Assembly: GCA_963761335.1 (NCBI GenBank)
Contig: CAVXGR010000016.1
Location: 32,001-96,000, forward strand
DNA from: an uncultured delta proteobacterium
GTDB lineage: Bacteria > Desulfobacterota > Binatia > HRBIN30 > BPIQ01
Reading direction: 5' to 3'
DNA: 64,000 nucleotides
In this document: positions 33,491-44,995 of the stretch, one piece after another
Numbering within the stretch: the first letter of the stretch is position 1
Layout: each line of letters begins with the position of its first letter
Program-made: the position numbers and the translations under genes
Notes under the pieces: model-generated
The model's database searches: none
The model's input: only the letters and a program-made list of their open reading frames with translations
What the model was told of the DNA's origin: nothing

Positions 33491-33907
33491 ATGGCGGGAT
33501 TCGATCGCGGTGACGGCGGGGCCATCTCGCAGATCAACGTCACTCCCCTGGTCGACGTCATGCTCGTGCTCCTGGTGATCTTCATGGTTACCGCTCCGAT
33601 CTTGCAGCAGGGCGTCACGGTCAATTTGCCCAAGGTGCGCAGCGCCGCGCTCAGCGGCGAGGAGGTGCAGCTCGTCGTCAATGTCGAGCGCGACGGCAAG
33701 GTGTCGCTGAACGACGTGCGCATGAAGCCCAAGGACCTGCGCGGCAAGCTGGCGGCCGTCCTCAAGGAGCGGCCCGACCGCCAGGTCTTTCTGCGCGCCG
33801 ATCAGGAGGCGCGCTACGGAGACGTGGTGGAGGCGATCGCCGCCATCAAGGAGGCCGGGGTCGAGAGACTCGGCATGGTGACGGAGCCGCCGACGGAAAA
33901 GCGGTGA
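33491..33907 (+). CDS. tolR: TolR
   Basis: INVTPLVDVMLVLLVIFMVTAP. Confidence 0.95.
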   Translation: MAGFDRGDGGAISQINVTPLVDVMLVLLVIFMVTAPILQQGVTVNLPKVRSAALSGEEVQLVVNVERDGKVSLNDVRMKPKDLRGKLAAVLKERPDRQVFLRADQEARYGDVVEAIAAIKEAGVERLGMVTEPPTEKR

Positions 33908-35130
33908 AAGGCGACACCTCCTGGTCCAGCCAGTCGGATCGCGGCCTCGGCTGGATGGTGCTGGTCTCGGCGCTGGCGCACGGGCTGGTGATCGGCGCAC
34001 TGCTGGTGATGCCACACAGCTTCCTGCACCACCCGCCGGCGCTGCGCTCCTACACGGTCGACCTGGTCAGCCCCGATAAGATCGGCGGCACCAACCTGGT
34101 CCGCGGCACCGGCGGCAAGCCGGCGGCGCCGCCGCGCGCCGAGGCGCCCAAGCCACCACCCAAGGCCGAAGCGGAGCCGGCGAAGCCGCTGGAGGTCGCC
34201 AAGCTCGAGGAGAAGGCGGAGCGGGTTCCCCCGCCGAAGCCGCCGCCTGAAGACGAGAAAGGCGAGAAGGTGGCGCTGGCCAAGGCGACAGTGCCGCCGA
34301 CGCCCACTCCCGAGGCGACCACCGCGCCGACGGCGGAGCCCACCAAGGTGGTGGTCGCCGCGGCGCCGCCGACGGCGACCAGGACGGTGAAGGTGGTCGC
34401 CAAGGCGCCTCCGCCCACGGCGACGGAGAAGCCGAAGGCGGTGGCCAAGGCGGCACCGACAGCGACGGCGAAGCCGAAGAAGGTGGCCCACGCCGCCGAA
34501 GAGGCGAAGAAATCCGCGGCGCAGGAAGCCAAAAGGGCGAAGCCGGCAGAGAAGAAGGCGGAGAAGGCAAAAAAAGAGGAGCCCGCGGAGAAGACTGCGA
34601 GCGGCAAGGCGTCAAAGCCGTCCGAGGAGCGCAGTGCGGCGACCGAGGCCGCCTCCGAGGCGGCCCGCGACGCCCTGATCGCCAACGCCATCAAGCGCGT
34701 CGAGGAGCAAACCGGGCGGCCGAGCGACCGCGCCACCGGCGGCGGCGGCACGGCGAACAACCAGAGCGGCGGCAGCGGCGCCGGCGCCGGCGGCGGACCG
34801 CTCTCGGTCGGCCCGGGCGAAGGCGCCGGCGGCGAGCAGCGCAGCCCCGAGTTTGTGCTCTACTACGACCAGATGACCAAGAAGATCAAAGATCGGTGGA
34901 CGTGGGCGGGCGCCAATCGCCGATTGAAGTCGGTGGTCGGCTTTACGGTGCTGCCGACCGGCGAGATCGTCAACGTTCGCACCATTGCCTCCAGCGGTGA
35001 TCCCAGCTACGACCTGTCGGCGGAACGAGCCGTGCGCGGCGCCAATCCGTTGCCTCCCCCGCCCGCGGATTACGCCAGAGACTTCTCCCAAGTGGAGTAC
35101 ACCTTCGAACCGGAGGACGCACCAAAGTGA
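33904..35130 (+). CDS. tolA: TolA/TonB-like energy transducer
   Basis: SxxxH TM anchor, Ala/Lys/Pro-rich linker, C-terminal SSG...DLSAERAV...PLPPPP. Confidence 0.88.
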   Translation: MKGDTSWSSQSDRGLGWMVLVSALAHGLVIGALLVMPHSFLHHPPALRSYTVDLVSPDKIGGTNLVRGTGGKPAAPPRAEAPKPPPKAEAEPAKPLEVAKLEEKAERVPPPKPPPEDEKGEKVALAKATVPPTPTPEATTAPTAEPTKVVVAAAPPTATRTVKVVAKAPPPTATEKPKAVAKAAPTATAKPKKVAHAAEEAKKSAAQEAKRAKPAEKKAEKAKKEEPAEKTASGKASKPSEERSAATEAASEAARDALIANAIKRVEEQTGRPSDRATGGGGTANNQSGGSGAGAGGGPLSVGPGEGAGGEQRSPEFVLYYDQMTKKIKDRWTWAGANRRLKSVVGFTVLPTGEIVNVRTIASSGDPSYDLSAERAVRGANPLPPPPADYARDFSQVEYTFEPEDAPK

Positions 35131-36443
35131 AACCCGCATTGCTCTGCAGCACACTTTCCCTGATGGTCGCTCTGGCGCTCGGTGCAGGGGCCGCGCAGGC
35201 GCAGATCAAGGGAACCATCGTCGGCCCCGGATCGCGCAGCTACCCGATCGCCGTCTCGCCGCTCAAGAAGCTCACCCCGGGCAGCGCCAACGACGTCTCG
35301 CAGCAGTTCGTCGACATCGTCGATCGCGACCTCGAGCTGACCGGAATGTTCCGCGTCATCGACCGCTCCGCATACATCGAGCCGCCGGATCAGTCCGGGA
35401 TCACCGCCGACGCCATCAATTTCGAGAACTGGTCGGTGATCGGGGCGCTGGCGCTGGTGAAGGGGGCCTACTCGGTGGAGGGGGACAAGGTCACCCTCGA
35501 GGCGCGGCTCTTCGACGTCTACCAGCGCCGGCAGCTCGCCGGACGGCGGTACTTCGGCACGGCGCAGGACGTCCGCCGCATGGCGCACAAGTTCGCCGAC
35601 GAGATCATGGCGTCGCTCACCGGCGAGCGCGGCCCCTTCGACTCGCGCATCGCCTTCGTGTCGACCCGCGGCGGCCGCTTCAAGGACATCTTCATCACCA
35701 GTCTGGACGGCGGCGACATGCTGCAGGTGACCCGCTCGCAGACGATCGCCCTGTCGCCCTCCTGGAGCCCGGACGTGCGCCAGCTGCTCTACACTTCCTA
35801 CCGCCGCGGCAACCCGGATCTCTACGTGCTCGACTTCGTCCGCGGTCGCGAGACGCAGCTCACCTCGCAGCACGGGCTGCACATCGGCGGCAAGTGGTCT
35901 CCCGACGGCTCGACGATCGCCGTCGCCGCCGAGGAGAACGGCAACTCGGACATCGTCCTGCTCGACAACCAGGGGCGCATGCTGAGCCGCCTGACCAACT
36001 ACTCCGGTATCGACGTGTCGCCGAGCTGGTCGCCCGACGGCCGGCAGATCGCCTTCTGCAGCGACCGAACCGGCGGGCCGCAGATCTTCATCATGAATCG
36101 CGACGGCAGCAATCCGCGCCGCATCAGCTTCGACGGCGGCTACAACACCTCGCCTGCCTGGTCGCCGAAGGGCGACCGCATCGCCTACACCAGCCGCACA
36201 CCCAGCGGCTTCAACATCATGACCGTGCGTACCGACGGCAGCGCCGTGCAGCAGGTCACCGCCAACTCCGGCAACAACGAGGACGCCTCGTGGTCGCCGG
36301 ACGGACGCTTTCTGGTCTTCAGCTCGACGCGCAAGGGCGCGCCGCGCCTCTACATTGCGAGTGCCGACGGCAGCAGCCAGGTCGCATTGACTGGTGGAGC
36401 AGGCGGTGATACTAGTCCCGCTTGGTCGCCTTGGATGGAGTAA
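35127..36443 (+). CDS. tolB: TolB
   Basis: Signal peptide, AHKFADEI, repeated WSPDG. Confidence 0.95.
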   Translation: MKPALLCSTLSLMVALALGAGAAQAQIKGTIVGPGSRSYPIAVSPLKKLTPGSANDVSQQFVDIVDRDLELTGMFRVIDRSAYIEPPDQSGITADAINFENWSVIGALALVKGAYSVEGDKVTLEARLFDVYQRRQLAGRRYFGTAQDVRRMAHKFADEIMASLTGERGPFDSRIAFVSTRGGRFKDIFITSLDGGDMLQVTRSQTIALSPSWSPDVRQLLYTSYRRGNPDLYVLDFVRGRETQLTSQHGLHIGGKWSPDGSTIAVAAEENGNSDIVLLDNQGRMLSRLTNYSGIDVSPSWSPDGRQIAFCSDRTGGPQIFIMNRDGSNPRRISFDGGYNTSPAWSPKGDRIAYTSRTPSGFNIMTVRTDGSAVQQVTANSGNNEDASWSPDGRFLVFSSTRKGAPRLYIASADGSSQVALTGGAGGDTSPAWSPWME

Positions 36444-36494
36444 CGCGCGACAATATCCCCAGGGCGCGTTATTGGAAGGGAGGGGGGTTCCCCG

Positions 36495-37016
36495 ATGCGT
36501 GTGCGGGTAGGTGGGTTGGCCATCTGTATTCTGATGTTGGCGGTTATTGTCCCCGGCTGTGCCGGCAAGAAGAAAGGTACCGCGGGCGGGCCGGGAAGTG
36601 GCCTGTCGGAAGAGGGACTGGCGTCCGGCGGTAGCTTGGATCAGTATCGCGCCGGCGGTACGCTGCCGACCGGCGAGGCCGGCGCCCTGCAGGACGTGAT
36701 GTTCGCCTTCGACTCCTACGATCTCGACGAGCAGGCACGCCAGACGCTGCGCGACGACGCCGCCTGGCTCAAGGACAATGCCGGCGTGCGCGTGGAGATC
36801 GAAGGGCACTGCGACGAGCGCGGTACGGTCGAGTACAATCTGGCGCTCGGGGCCAACCGTGCCCGCGTCGCCAAGGACTACCTGGCCACGCTCGGCGTCA
36901 CCGGTGATCGCATGAGCACCATCAGCTACGGCGAGGAGCTGCCGCTCTGTCACGAGCACACCGAGTCCTGCTGGGCGGAGAACCGGCGGGTCCACTTCGT
37001 ACAGCTGCGCGACTGA
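36495..37016 (+). CDS. pal: Peptidoglycan-associated lipoprotein
   Basis: Lipobox VPGC; EGHCDERGTVEYNLALG; NRR. Confidence 0.95.
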   Translation: MRVRVGGLAICILMLAVIVPGCAGKKKGTAGGPGSGLSEEGLASGGSLDQYRAGGTLPTGEAGALQDVMFAFDSYDLDEQARQTLRDDAAWLKDNAGVRVEIEGHCDERGTVEYNLALGANRARVAKDYLATLGVTGDRMSTISYGEELPLCHEHTESCWAENRRVHFVQLRD

Positions 37017-37053
37017 GGAGAAGCCGGGGTAGCGCCGCGGGCCGCGGGAGAGA

Positions 37054-37917
37054 GTGGAAGTGCTGCAGAGAACCAGGAGAGGCGTCCTTGCCTCCGCGCC
37101 GCCCGCTTGTCGCGCCACCCCACGCCGCGTCTGGCTGAGCTCCGGCATCGCCTTGGCGGCACTGGCGCTGTGCGCCGGCTGCGCCACCCAGGCGGAGCTG
37201 CGCACCGTGCGCAACGAGGAGCGCGAGATCCGCGCCCTGTTGGCGGATACGCAGGCGACGGTCGACACGCTCAAGCGCCAGGTGGAGAGCCTCCGCTCGC
37301 AGGCCGAGAGCCGCCGCGGCTCGCAGGCGATGGCGTCTCCGGAGGTGGATCGGCGCCTGGCGGAGCTCGAGGCGCGCATCGCCTTCCTGGAACAGGGGCG
37401 CACGCCGCCGCCGTCCACCGCTCCGTCGCCGGCGCCGCTGGGCGAGATGGGGATGATGCCGACGCCGACGGCCACGGTGTCGGAGACCGGGGACGTGACC
37501 CTGGCGCGCGAGGAGGCGGCGCTGCAGACGGCGGCGGTCGAGCCGACCTTTCGCGACGCCTTCCAGCTCATGCGGCGCGGCGACTACGACAAGGCCATCC
37601 CGCAGTTTCGCGAGTTTCTCTATCGCAACCCGAAGTCGGACTATGCCGACAACGCCCAGTACTGGATCGGCTACAGCTATTATCAACAGAAGGATTACAA
37701 CCGCTCCATCCTGGCGCTGAACGACGTGCTGTCGAAGTACTCGAAGAGCGAGAAGATCCCGGCGACCTTGCTGCTGCAGGCCTCCGCCTTTGCGGCGCTC
37801 GGCGACCACGTGAGCAAGGTCGACGCGCGGCTGATCCTGCAGAAGCTGGTGAGCGAATATCCGAACTCGGAAGAGGCGGAGCGGGCGCGGCAGAAGCTGA
37901 AGACGCTGGGCGATTGA
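37054..37917 (+). CDS. cpoB: Tol-Pal protein CpoB/YbgF
   Basis: Lipobox, coiled coil, TPR ADNAQYWIG; start uncertain. Confidence 0.9.
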   Translation: MEVLQRTRRGVLASAPPACRATPRRVWLSSGIALAALALCAGCATQAELRTVRNEEREIRALLADTQATVDTLKRQVESLRSQAESRRGSQAMASPEVDRRLAELEARIAFLEQGRTPPPSTAPSPAPLGEMGMMPTPTATVSETGDVTLAREEAALQTAAVEPTFRDAFQLMRRGDYDKAIPQFREFLYRNPKSDYADNAQYWIGYSYYQQKDYNRSILALNDVLSKYSKSEKIPATLLLQASAFAALGDHVSKVDARLILQKLVSEYPNSEEAERARQKLKTLGD

Positions 37918-37954
37918 GGTCGGCCCCGCGTCTGCCGGCAGGAGCTGCCGCCCC

Positions 37955-38878
37955 ATGAAGCTCATCTGCGGTCTCGATCGCGTCCGCGAGGGGCCGCGCC
38001 GCGTCGTCACCCTGGGTAACTTCGACGGCGTGCACCTGGCGCATCAGGAAATCTGCCGGCGGGTGGTCGAGCGCGCCGCTGAGCGCGGGGTTGAATCGGC
38101 GGCGATCACGTTCCATCCGCATCCCGCGTCGGTGCTGGCGCCGGCGCGGGCCCCGCAGCTGATTCTGCCGCTGTCGGCGCGGCTGCGGTTTCTCGGCGAG
38201 ACTGGCGTCGGCGCGGTGATCGTGCAGCGGTTCAACCGCCGATTCTCGCAGATGGAGGCCGAGCACTTCGTGCGCGGCGAGCTGGTGGAGCGGCTCGGCG
38301 CCGTGCACGTGGTGGTCGGACACAGCGTGCGCTTCGGCCGCGCCCGCGGTGGCGACGACGTGCTGCTGCAGCGCCTCGGGGCGGCGCTGGGGTTCTCCGT
38401 CGAGATCGTCGGCCCGGTGACCGTCGGTGGTACGGTGGTGAGCAGCAGCGAGATCCGCCGCGCCATCACCGCCGGTGAGGTGCGGCGCGCCGCGACGCTT
38501 CTCGGACGCCCGCACTTCGTGCGCGGCCGGGTGGTCCACGGGCGACACCGCGGCGCCAGCCTCGGCTTTCCGACCGCCAACCTGCGCCTCCGCGACGGCG
38601 TGCTGCCGCCGGACGGCGTCTACGCGGCGCGCGTCGAGCGCCACGGCCAGGAGATCGACGGGGTCGCCAATCTCGGCAACAATCCCACCTTCGGCGATCG
38701 CGAGCGCAGCCTCGAGGTGCACCTCCTCGACTTCCGCGGCGACCTCTATGGGGAGCGCCTGCGACTGTCATTCATCGAGCGCCTGCGCGGTGAGGTGAAG
38801 TTCTCCGGCGTGCAGAGCCTGGTCGAGCAAATCGGCCGCGACGTGGAGGCCGCGCGCGCCGCCCTGGCGGTGCGGTGA
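37955..38878 (+). CDS. ribF: Riboflavin kinase/FAD synthetase
   Basis: GNFDGVHLAH, VSSSEIR, LGFPTAN. Confidence 0.97.
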   Translation: MKLICGLDRVREGPRRVVTLGNFDGVHLAHQEICRRVVERAAERGVESAAITFHPHPASVLAPARAPQLILPLSARLRFLGETGVGAVIVQRFNRRFSQMEAEHFVRGELVERLGAVHVVVGHSVRFGRARGGDDVLLQRLGAALGFSVEIVGPVTVGGTVVSSSEIRRAITAGEVRRAATLLGRPHFVRGRVVHGRHRGASLGFPTANLRLRDGVLPPDGVYAARVERHGQEIDGVANLGNNPTFGDRERSLEVHLLDFRGDLYGERLRLSFIERLRGEVKFSGVQSLVEQIGRDVEAARAALAVR

Positions 38879-39852
38879 GCGGCGCCCGCGCCGTCGCCTC
38901 GATTGCGGTTGCGTCCGCGCGGGGGCGGCTCGACCGCTTTCTCGCGGCGCGCGGCGACTGGGGGAGTCGTTCGCAGATCCAGCACCGCATCGAGCGCGGC
39001 GAGATCTCGGTCAATGGCAAGGCGGCGAAACCCGGCACCGTGCTGCGCCGCGGCGACGTGGTGCGCATCACTCTCTGCGCCGCGGCGCCGCCGGACGAGA
39101 TCGAGGCCGCCGACATCCCCCTCGAGGTGCTTTACGAGGACGAGGACCTGCTGGCGATCAACAAGCCCCCCGGCATGGTGGTCCATCCGGCGCCCGGGCA
39201 CCGGCAGGACACCCTGGTCAGCGCCCTCTTGCACCGCTGGCAGGGGCCGCGCCCGGGCCTCGACGAGCGGCGCCCCGGAATCGTGCACCGCCTCGATCGC
39301 GACACCTCCGGCGTTCTGTTGATCGGCAAGACGGCGGAGACGGTGACCCGACTGGCGTCGCAGTTCCGTTCGCGCAGCGTGCGCAAGGAGTACCTCGCCG
39401 TCGTCTGGCGCTGCCCGCGGCCGCCGTCGGGAGTCGTCGACCGGCCCATCGGTCGTCATCCGACGCAGCGCAAGCGCATGACCGTGCGCGCCGGCGGCCG
39501 CCCGGCATTGACGCGCTACAAGGTGGTGGAGGACTACGGCGACGCCGCCGTGCTCCGGGTACTTCCCGAGAGCGGACGCACCCACCAGATCCGCGTTCAC
39601 CTGGCCGCCATCGGCCATGCGGTGGTCGGCGATCCCCTCTACGGGCGGCGTCCGGCGGGCGCCGACGCGGTGCTCGCCGCCTTCCCGCGGCAGGCGCTGC
39701 ATGCCGCAGCCATCTCCTTTCGCCACCCGCGCAGCGCCGCACCGATCTCCCTGGAGGCGTGTCCGCCGGACGATTTGCAGAGGCTTCTGGCGTACTTGCG
39801 AGATCGCGGTGCGCGTCGACGGCGGGCGCCCGAAGGCGGCGAGATTGCTTGA
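38875..39852 (+). CDS. rluD: RluD-like pseudouridine synthase
   Basis: S4 domain, NKPPGMVVHP, GIVHRLDRDTSG, GRTHQIRVH. Confidence 0.93.
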   Translation: MSGARAVASIAVASARGRLDRFLAARGDWGSRSQIQHRIERGEISVNGKAAKPGTVLRRGDVVRITLCAAAPPDEIEAADIPLEVLYEDEDLLAINKPPGMVVHPAPGHRQDTLVSALLHRWQGPRPGLDERRPGIVHRLDRDTSGVLLIGKTAETVTRLASQFRSRSVRKEYLAVVWRCPRPPSGVVDRPIGRHPTQRKRMTVRAGGRPALTRYKVVEDYGDAAVLRVLPESGRTHQIRVHLAAIGHAVVGDPLYGRRPAGADAVLAAFPRQALHAAAISFRHPRSAAPISLEACPPDDLQRLLAYLRDRGARRRRAPEGGEIA

Positions 39853-39877
39853 CAAGGTGGGGTGCTTTCAGTAGCGT
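39849..39877 (+). promoter_or_regulatory. Putative sigma70 promoter for rho
   Basis: TTGACA-N17-TAGCGT. Confidence 0.55.
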
Positions 39878-39987
39878 CCGACGCATAGCTACTCGCCTGG
39901 GACTTCAGATCGGCTCGCCCTGGAAGGTGGGCGCCCACGCCGAGAATCCAAGCGACAACACAATCCAGCATTGATCGAGATGTGCCG

Positions 39988-41412
39988 ATGGCCGAGAAGC
40001 AGTCGGTAGTGAATATCCGAGGGGAACGCCGCGCGCGCTCGGCTCGTGCGGACGGGGAGGAGCGGCAGGAGGGTCCAATGGTTCGCACTCGCAGCAAGAC
40101 CGAGGCGGAGACGGAGCTGCCGCCAGTGCCGCCTCCGGAGCAATCGGAGCCGCGCGAGACAGGTCTCAATCTCAAGGTCCTCAAGGAGAAGAAGATCAGC
40201 GAGCTCGCCGCGATCGCCATGCAGTTCAACATCGAAGGCGTGTCGAACATGCGCAAGCAGGAGCTCATCTTCGCGATTCTCGGCGCGCAGACGGAGCAGA
40301 GCGGTTTCGTCTACGGCGAGGGAGTGCTGGAGATCCTTCCCGACGGCTTCGGCTTCCTGCGCGCCCCGGACTACAACTACCTGCCGGGACCCGACGACAT
40401 CTACATCTCGCCGAGCCAGATCCGCCGTTTCAACCTGCGCACCGGCGACGTGGTCGCCGGGCAGATCCGCCCTCCGAAGGAGGGAGAGCGCTACTTCGCG
40501 CTGCTCAAGGTCGAGGGAATCAACTACGAGGAGCCGGAGCGGGCGCGGGAGAAGATCCTCTTCGACAACCTCACGCCGCTCTACCCGAACGAGCAGCTCC
40601 GCCTCGAGCACGACCCCGAGGAGTACACGACGCGGCTCATCGACCTCTTCACCCCGATCGGCAAGGGCACGCGCGGTCTGATCGTGGCGCCGCCGCGGAC
40701 CGGCAAGACGATGATGCTGCAGAACATCGCCAACGGCATCACCCGCAATCACAAGGAGGTGGTGCTCATCGTCCTGCTGATCGACGAGCGCCCCGAGGAG
40801 GTCACCGACATGCAGCGCTCGGTGGAAGGCGAGGTGGTCAGCTCGACCTTCGACGAGCCGGCGACGCGCCACGTCCAGGTGGCCGAGATGGTGATCGAGA
40901 AAGCCAAGCGCCTGGTGGAGCACGGCCGCGACGTGGTCATCCTGCTCGACTCGATCACTCGCCTGGCGCGCGCCTACAACACCGTGGTGCCGCCTTCGGG
41001 CAAGATCCTCTCCGGCGGGGTGGACTCCAACGCGCTGCACAAGCCCAAGAAGTTTCTCGGCGCCGCCCGCAACATCGAGGACGGCGGCAGCCTGACGATC
41101 ATGGGAACGGCGTTGATCGACACGGGCAGCCGCATGGACGAGGTCATCTTCGAGGAGTTCAAGGCCACCGGCAACATGGAGATCCACCTCGACCGGCGCC
41201 TGGTCGACAAGCGCATCTTTCCGGCCATCGACATCAATCGCTCCGGAACCCGCAAGGAGGAGCTGCTGCTCGGCAGCGAGGTGATCAGCCGGGTGTGGAT
41301 CCTCCGCAAGCTGCTGGCGCAGCTCAACCCGGTGGAGGCAATGGAGTTCGTCGTCGACAAGATCGAGGGCACCAAGGACAACCACGAGTTCCTCGAATCC
41401 ATGAACCAGTGA
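39988..41412 (+). CDS. rho: Transcription termination factor Rho with N-terminal extension
   Basis: [35 protein letters not shown]; start 39982 or 39988. Confidence 0.98.
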   Translation: MAEKQSVVNIRGERRARSARADGEERQEGPMVRTRSKTEAETELPPVPPPEQSEPRETGLNLKVLKEKKISELAAIAMQFNIEGVSNMRKQELIFAILGAQTEQSGFVYGEGVLEILPDGFGFLRAPDYNYLPGPDDIYISPSQIRRFNLRTGDVVAGQIRPPKEGERYFALLKVEGINYEEPERAREKILFDNLTPLYPNEQLRLEHDPEEYTTRLIDLFTPIGKGTRGLIVAPPRTGKTMMLQNIANGITRNHKEVVLIVLLIDERPEEVTDMQRSVEGEVVSSTFDEPATRHVQVAEMVIEKAKRLVEHGRDVVILLDSITRLARAYNTVVPPSGKILSGGVDSNALHKPKKFLGAARNIEDGGSLTIMGTALIDTGSRMDEVIFEEFKATGNMEIHLDRRLVDKRIFPAIDINRSGTRKEELLLGSEVISRVWILRKLLAQLNPVEAMEFVVDKIEGTKDNHEFLESMNQ

Positions 41413-41474
41413 GGCCAGCTGGTCAGAGGGAGCCGTTTCTGCTAAAGGACTAGGATTTGAGATTGGGAGAACGC

Positions 41475-42293
41475 ATGGCGGAAATCAGTATGAAGCAGCT
41501 GCTGGAAGCGGGAGTCCATTTCGGTCACCAGACGAGCCGGTGGAACCCCAAGATGAAGCCGTACATCTTCGGTGCGCGCAACGGCATCTACATCATCGAC
41601 CTGCAGCAGACGGTGAAAATGTTCCAGGCGTCGTACGCCTTCGTTCGCGAGCTGGCGGCGCGGGGCGGCACGCTGTTGATGGTGGGCACCAAGAAGCAGG
41701 CGCAGGACGCCATCCGCGAGGAGGCGGAGCGCTGCGGCATGTTCTACGTGAACAACCGCTGGCTGGGTGGCACGCTCACCAATTTTCAGACGATCAAGCA
41801 GAGCATCGACCGGCTGAAGAAGCTGGAAGAGATGCTCGAGGATCCGGCCATGAAGGAGGTCCTGAAGAAGAAGGAGCTCCTCGGCCTGAGCCGCGAGCGC
41901 GACCGCCTGCTCACCGCCCTGGGCGGCATCAAGGCATTGCGCAAGCTTCCCGACGCCATGTTCGTGATCGACCCCAAGAAGGAGGAGATCGCCGTTCGCG
42001 AGGCCAACAAGCTGCGCATCCCGGTGGTGGGCGTGGTCGACACCAACTGCGACCCCGATGTCATCGACCACAAGATCCCCGGCAACGACGACGCCATCCG
42101 CGCCATTCGCCTGTTCAGCGCTGCCATGGCCGACGCCGTTCTCGAAGGCCGCGCCCTCTACGAGGAGAAGCAGAAGGCCGGCATGGAAGAGCAGGAGCCC
42201 AGCCCGGCAGCGGCCCCGGCCCCGGCCCCGGCTTCGGCCCCGGAGGCAGAGCCGTCGGAGCCATCGGTGCCCTCGGCGGTGGAGGGCGCATGA
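41475..42293 (+). CDS. rpsB: 30S ribosomal protein S2
   Basis: [27 protein letters not shown]. Confidence 0.98.
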   Translation: MAEISMKQLLEAGVHFGHQTSRWNPKMKPYIFGARNGIYIIDLQQTVKMFQASYAFVRELAARGGTLLMVGTKKQAQDAIREEAERCGMFYVNNRWLGGTLTNFQTIKQSIDRLKKLEEMLEDPAMKEVLKKKELLGLSRERDRLLTALGGIKALRKLPDAMFVIDPKKEEIAVREANKLRIPVVGVVDTNCDPDVIDHKIPGNDDAIRAIRLFSAAMADAVLEGRALYEEKQKAGMEEQEPSPAAAPAPAPASAPEAEPSEPSVPSAVEGA

Positions 42294-42904
42294 GCCAGGT
42301 CGGTCCCGAGGCGGTCCGCGAGCTGCGCGACAAGACGGGCGCCGGCATCATGGACTGCAAGAAGGCGCTGTCGGAGAGCTCTGGAGATCTCGAGAAGGCG
42401 GTCGTCCTCCTGCGCGAGCGCGGCTTGGCGGCTGCCGCCAAGAAGTCGGCGCGCGCCGCGGCCGAGGGGTTGGTGGGGACCTATGTCCACGGCGGCGGCA
42501 AGATCGGCGTGCTCATCGAGGTGAACTGCGAGACCGACTTCGTGGCCCGCACCCCCGACTTCCAGTCGGTGGTCAAGGACCTGGCCATGCAGGTGGCGGC
42601 GGCGAGCCCGGGGTACGTCCGCCGCGAAGAGGTGCCCGACGAGATCAAGTCGAGAGAGCTCGAGATCTACCGGGTGCAGGCGCGGCAGTCCGGCAAGCCG
42701 GAGCCGGTGATCGAGAAGATCATCGCCGGCAAGCTGGAGAAGTTCTTCGCCGAGACCTGCCTGCTCGAGCAGCCGTTCATCAAGGATCCGGAGCGCAGCG
42801 TCGGCCAGCTGGTGACCGATACGGTGGCGCGGCTCGGGGAAAACATCATCGTGCGGCGTTTTGCCCGCTTTCAGGTCGGCGAGCAGGGCGACCCGGAGTC
42901 CTGA
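42290..42904 (+). CDS. tsf: Elongation factor Ts (short form)
   Basis: [26 protein letters not shown]; inside track ORF 41540-42904. Confidence 0.97.
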   Translation: MSQVGPEAVRELRDKTGAGIMDCKKALSESSGDLEKAVVLLRERGLAAAAKKSARAAAEGLVGTYVHGGGKIGVLIEVNCETDFVARTPDFQSVVKDLAMQVAAASPGYVRREEVPDEIKSRELEIYRVQARQSGKPEPVIEKIIAGKLEKFFAETCLLEQPFIKDPERSVGQLVTDTVARLGENIIVRRFARFQVGEQGDPES

Positions 42905-42936
42905 GCGGCGTCGGCGCGGCGTATCGAGGGACTTCG

Positions 42937-43665
42937 GTGGCCCAGCCTACGCTGCATTACAAGCGCGTCCTCCTCAAGCTCAGCGGCGAAGCCCTGATGG
43001 GCGAGGCGCCGTACGGCATCAACGCCGAGACCGTCAACCGCATCGCCACCGAGCTCAAGGAGGTCCGCGATCTCGGCTGTGAGCTGGCCATCGTCATCGG
43101 CGGCGGCAACATCTTCCGCGGCATGGCGGGCACGGCTGCGGGCATGGATCGAGCCACCGCCGACTATGCCGGCATGCTGGCCACCCTGATCAACGCCCTG
43201 GCCCTGCAGGATGCGCTCGAGAAGCAGTCGGTGATCACCCGGGTCATGTCGGCCATCGGCATGCAGCAGGTCGCCGAGCCCTACATTCGCCGGCGCGCCA
43301 CCCGCCACCTGGAGAAGGGACGGGTGGTGATCTTCGCCGCCGGCACCGGCAACCCGTACTTCACCACCGACACGGCGGCCAGCCTGCGGGCTGCGGAGAT
43401 CAGCGCCGAGGTCATCCTCAAGGCGACCCAGGTCGACGGCATCTACGACGCCGATCCCAAGACCCACCCCGGGGCAAAGCGCTACAGCCAGCTGACCTAC
43501 ATCGAGTTTCTCAACAAGGAGCTCAAGGTGATGGATGCGACCGCCATCTCCCTGAGCATGGACAACCACCTGCCGATCGTCGTCTTCGACCTGTCGAAGC
43601 GTGGAAACATCATGAAGGTGGTGTGCGGCGAGAACATCGGCACCGTGGTGCGGGGTGCATCATGA
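42937..43665 (+). CDS. pyrH: UMP kinase
   Basis: [32 protein letters not shown]. Confidence 0.97.
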   Translation: MAQPTLHYKRVLLKLSGEALMGEAPYGINAETVNRIATELKEVRDLGCELAIVIGGGNIFRGMAGTAAGMDRATADYAGMLATLINALALQDALEKQSVITRVMSAIGMQQVAEPYIRRRATRHLEKGRVVIFAAGTGNPYFTTDTAASLRAAEISAEVILKATQVDGIYDADPKTHPGAKRYSQLTYIEFLNKELKVMDATAISLSMDNHLPIVVFDLSKRGNIMKVVCGENIGTVVRGAS

Positions 43666-44219
43666 CCGAAGAGGTGATTGCCGATCTGAAGCGCGAGATG
43701 GAACAGACCGTCGCGGCCCTGCGTCGCGATCTGGCGCGCACCCGCACCGGGCGCGCCTCGACCGGGCTGCTCGAGGGCATCACCGTCGAGTACTACGGCA
43801 GCAAGACGCCCCTCAATCAGCTCGCCGGCATGTCGGTGCCGGAGGCGCGCCTGATCGTGCTCCAGCCCTTCGACAAGAGCGCCATCGGCAACATCGAGCG
43901 CGCCATCCTGCAGTCGGATCTGGGCCTGGTACCGGTGAACGACGGCAAGCTCATCCGCCTCCCCATCCCGGAGCTCACCGAGGAGCGGCGCCGCGATCTG
44001 GTGAAGCACGTGCGCAAGGTGGCCGAGGACTATCGCGTCTCGGTGCGCAATCACCGCCGCGATGCCATCGATCTGCTCAAGGAGTCCGAGAAGGAGAAGG
44101 CGATCACCGAGGACGAGCTGCGGCGCGCCCACGATCGCGTCGAGGAGCTGACCAAGGACTTCATCGCCAAGGTTGACAAGGCGGTGAAGACCAAGGAAGA
44201 CGAGATCATGGAGGTGTGA
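43662..44219 (+). CDS. frr: Ribosome recycling factor
   Basis: [26 protein letters not shown]. Confidence 0.97.
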   Translation: MTEEVIADLKREMEQTVAALRRDLARTRTGRASTGLLEGITVEYYGSKTPLNQLAGMSVPEARLIVLQPFDKSAIGNIERAILQSDLGLVPVNDGKLIRLPIPELTEERRRDLVKHVRKVAEDYRVSVRNHRRDAIDLLKESEKEKAITEDELRRAHDRVEELTKDFIAKVDKAVKTKEDEIMEV

Positions 44220-44995
44220 CGGCGGTGGATGAGGTTGACAGCTCCGGTCTAGATCTCGATCGCCTCCCGCGACACGTCGCCATCATCATGGATGGCAACG
44301 GCCGCTGGGCGCAGCGCCGCGACATGTCGCGCATCGAGGGGCACAAGCGCGGCAAGGATTCGGTGCGCGCCGTGGTGGAAGCCGCCCGGCGGCTGAACAT
44401 CCCGTACCTGACGCTGTTCGCCTTCTCCACCGAGAACTGGCGGCGGCCGCGGCGCGAGGTCGATGCCCTGATGGGGCTCCTGCGGCGCTACCTGCGCACC
44501 GAGCTCAACCGCATGATGAAGAACGGCATCCGCCTGGTGGCGATCGGCGACATCGAGCGCCTCCCCAAGGAGCTGCAGCGGTTGCTCGAGGCGGACATCG
44601 AGCGCACCCGCGACAACCGCGGTATGACTGTCGCCCTGGCGGTGAGCTATGGCGGTCGCGACGACATCGTGCGCGCCGCGCGGGCGCTCGCCGAGGCGGC
44701 GCGGCGCGGCACGCTCGAGCCCGGGTCGATCACCGAATCGATCTTCGAGTCGGCTCTCGCGACGCGCGACATCCCCGACCCCGACTTGCTGATTCGCACC
44801 GGCGGCGAGATGCGCATCTCGAACTTCTTCCTCTGGCAAGCGGCCTACGCGGAGATCTACGTCACCGAGACGCTGTGGCCGGATTTCCGCGAGGCGGAGC
44901 TCTTTGCGGCGCTGGCCGAGTACCAGCGGCGCGAGCGCCGTTTCGGGCGGGTCGCCGAGGAAGTCGACCGGGGTCGGCTGCGTGCTGCGCCATAG
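44216..44995 (+). CDS. uppS: Undecaprenyl diphosphate synthase
   Basis: HVAIIMDGNGRWA, FSTENWRRP, RTGGEMRISNF. Confidence 0.97.
   Translation: MTAVDEVDSSGLDLDRLPRHVAIIMDGNGRWAQRRDMSRIEGHKRGKDSVRAVVEAARRLNIPYLTLFAFSTENWRRPRREVDALMGLLRRYLRTELNRMMKNGIRLVAIGDIERLPKELQRLLEADIERTRDNRGMTVALAVSYGGRDDIVRAARALAEAARRGTLEPGSITESIFESALATRDIPDPDLLIRTGGEMRISNFFLWQAAYAEIYVTETLWPDFREAELFAALAEYQRRERRFGRVAEEVDRGRLRAAP

Noticed and set aside
41413..41474. rpsB leader RNA (t44-like)
   Set aside because: Spacer is only about 60 nt and I could not recognise the conserved structure
42180..42293. Ala/Pro-rich tails of RpsB and SecG, and the TolA linker, as novel repeats
   Set aside because: Low-complexity extensions are common in these proteins
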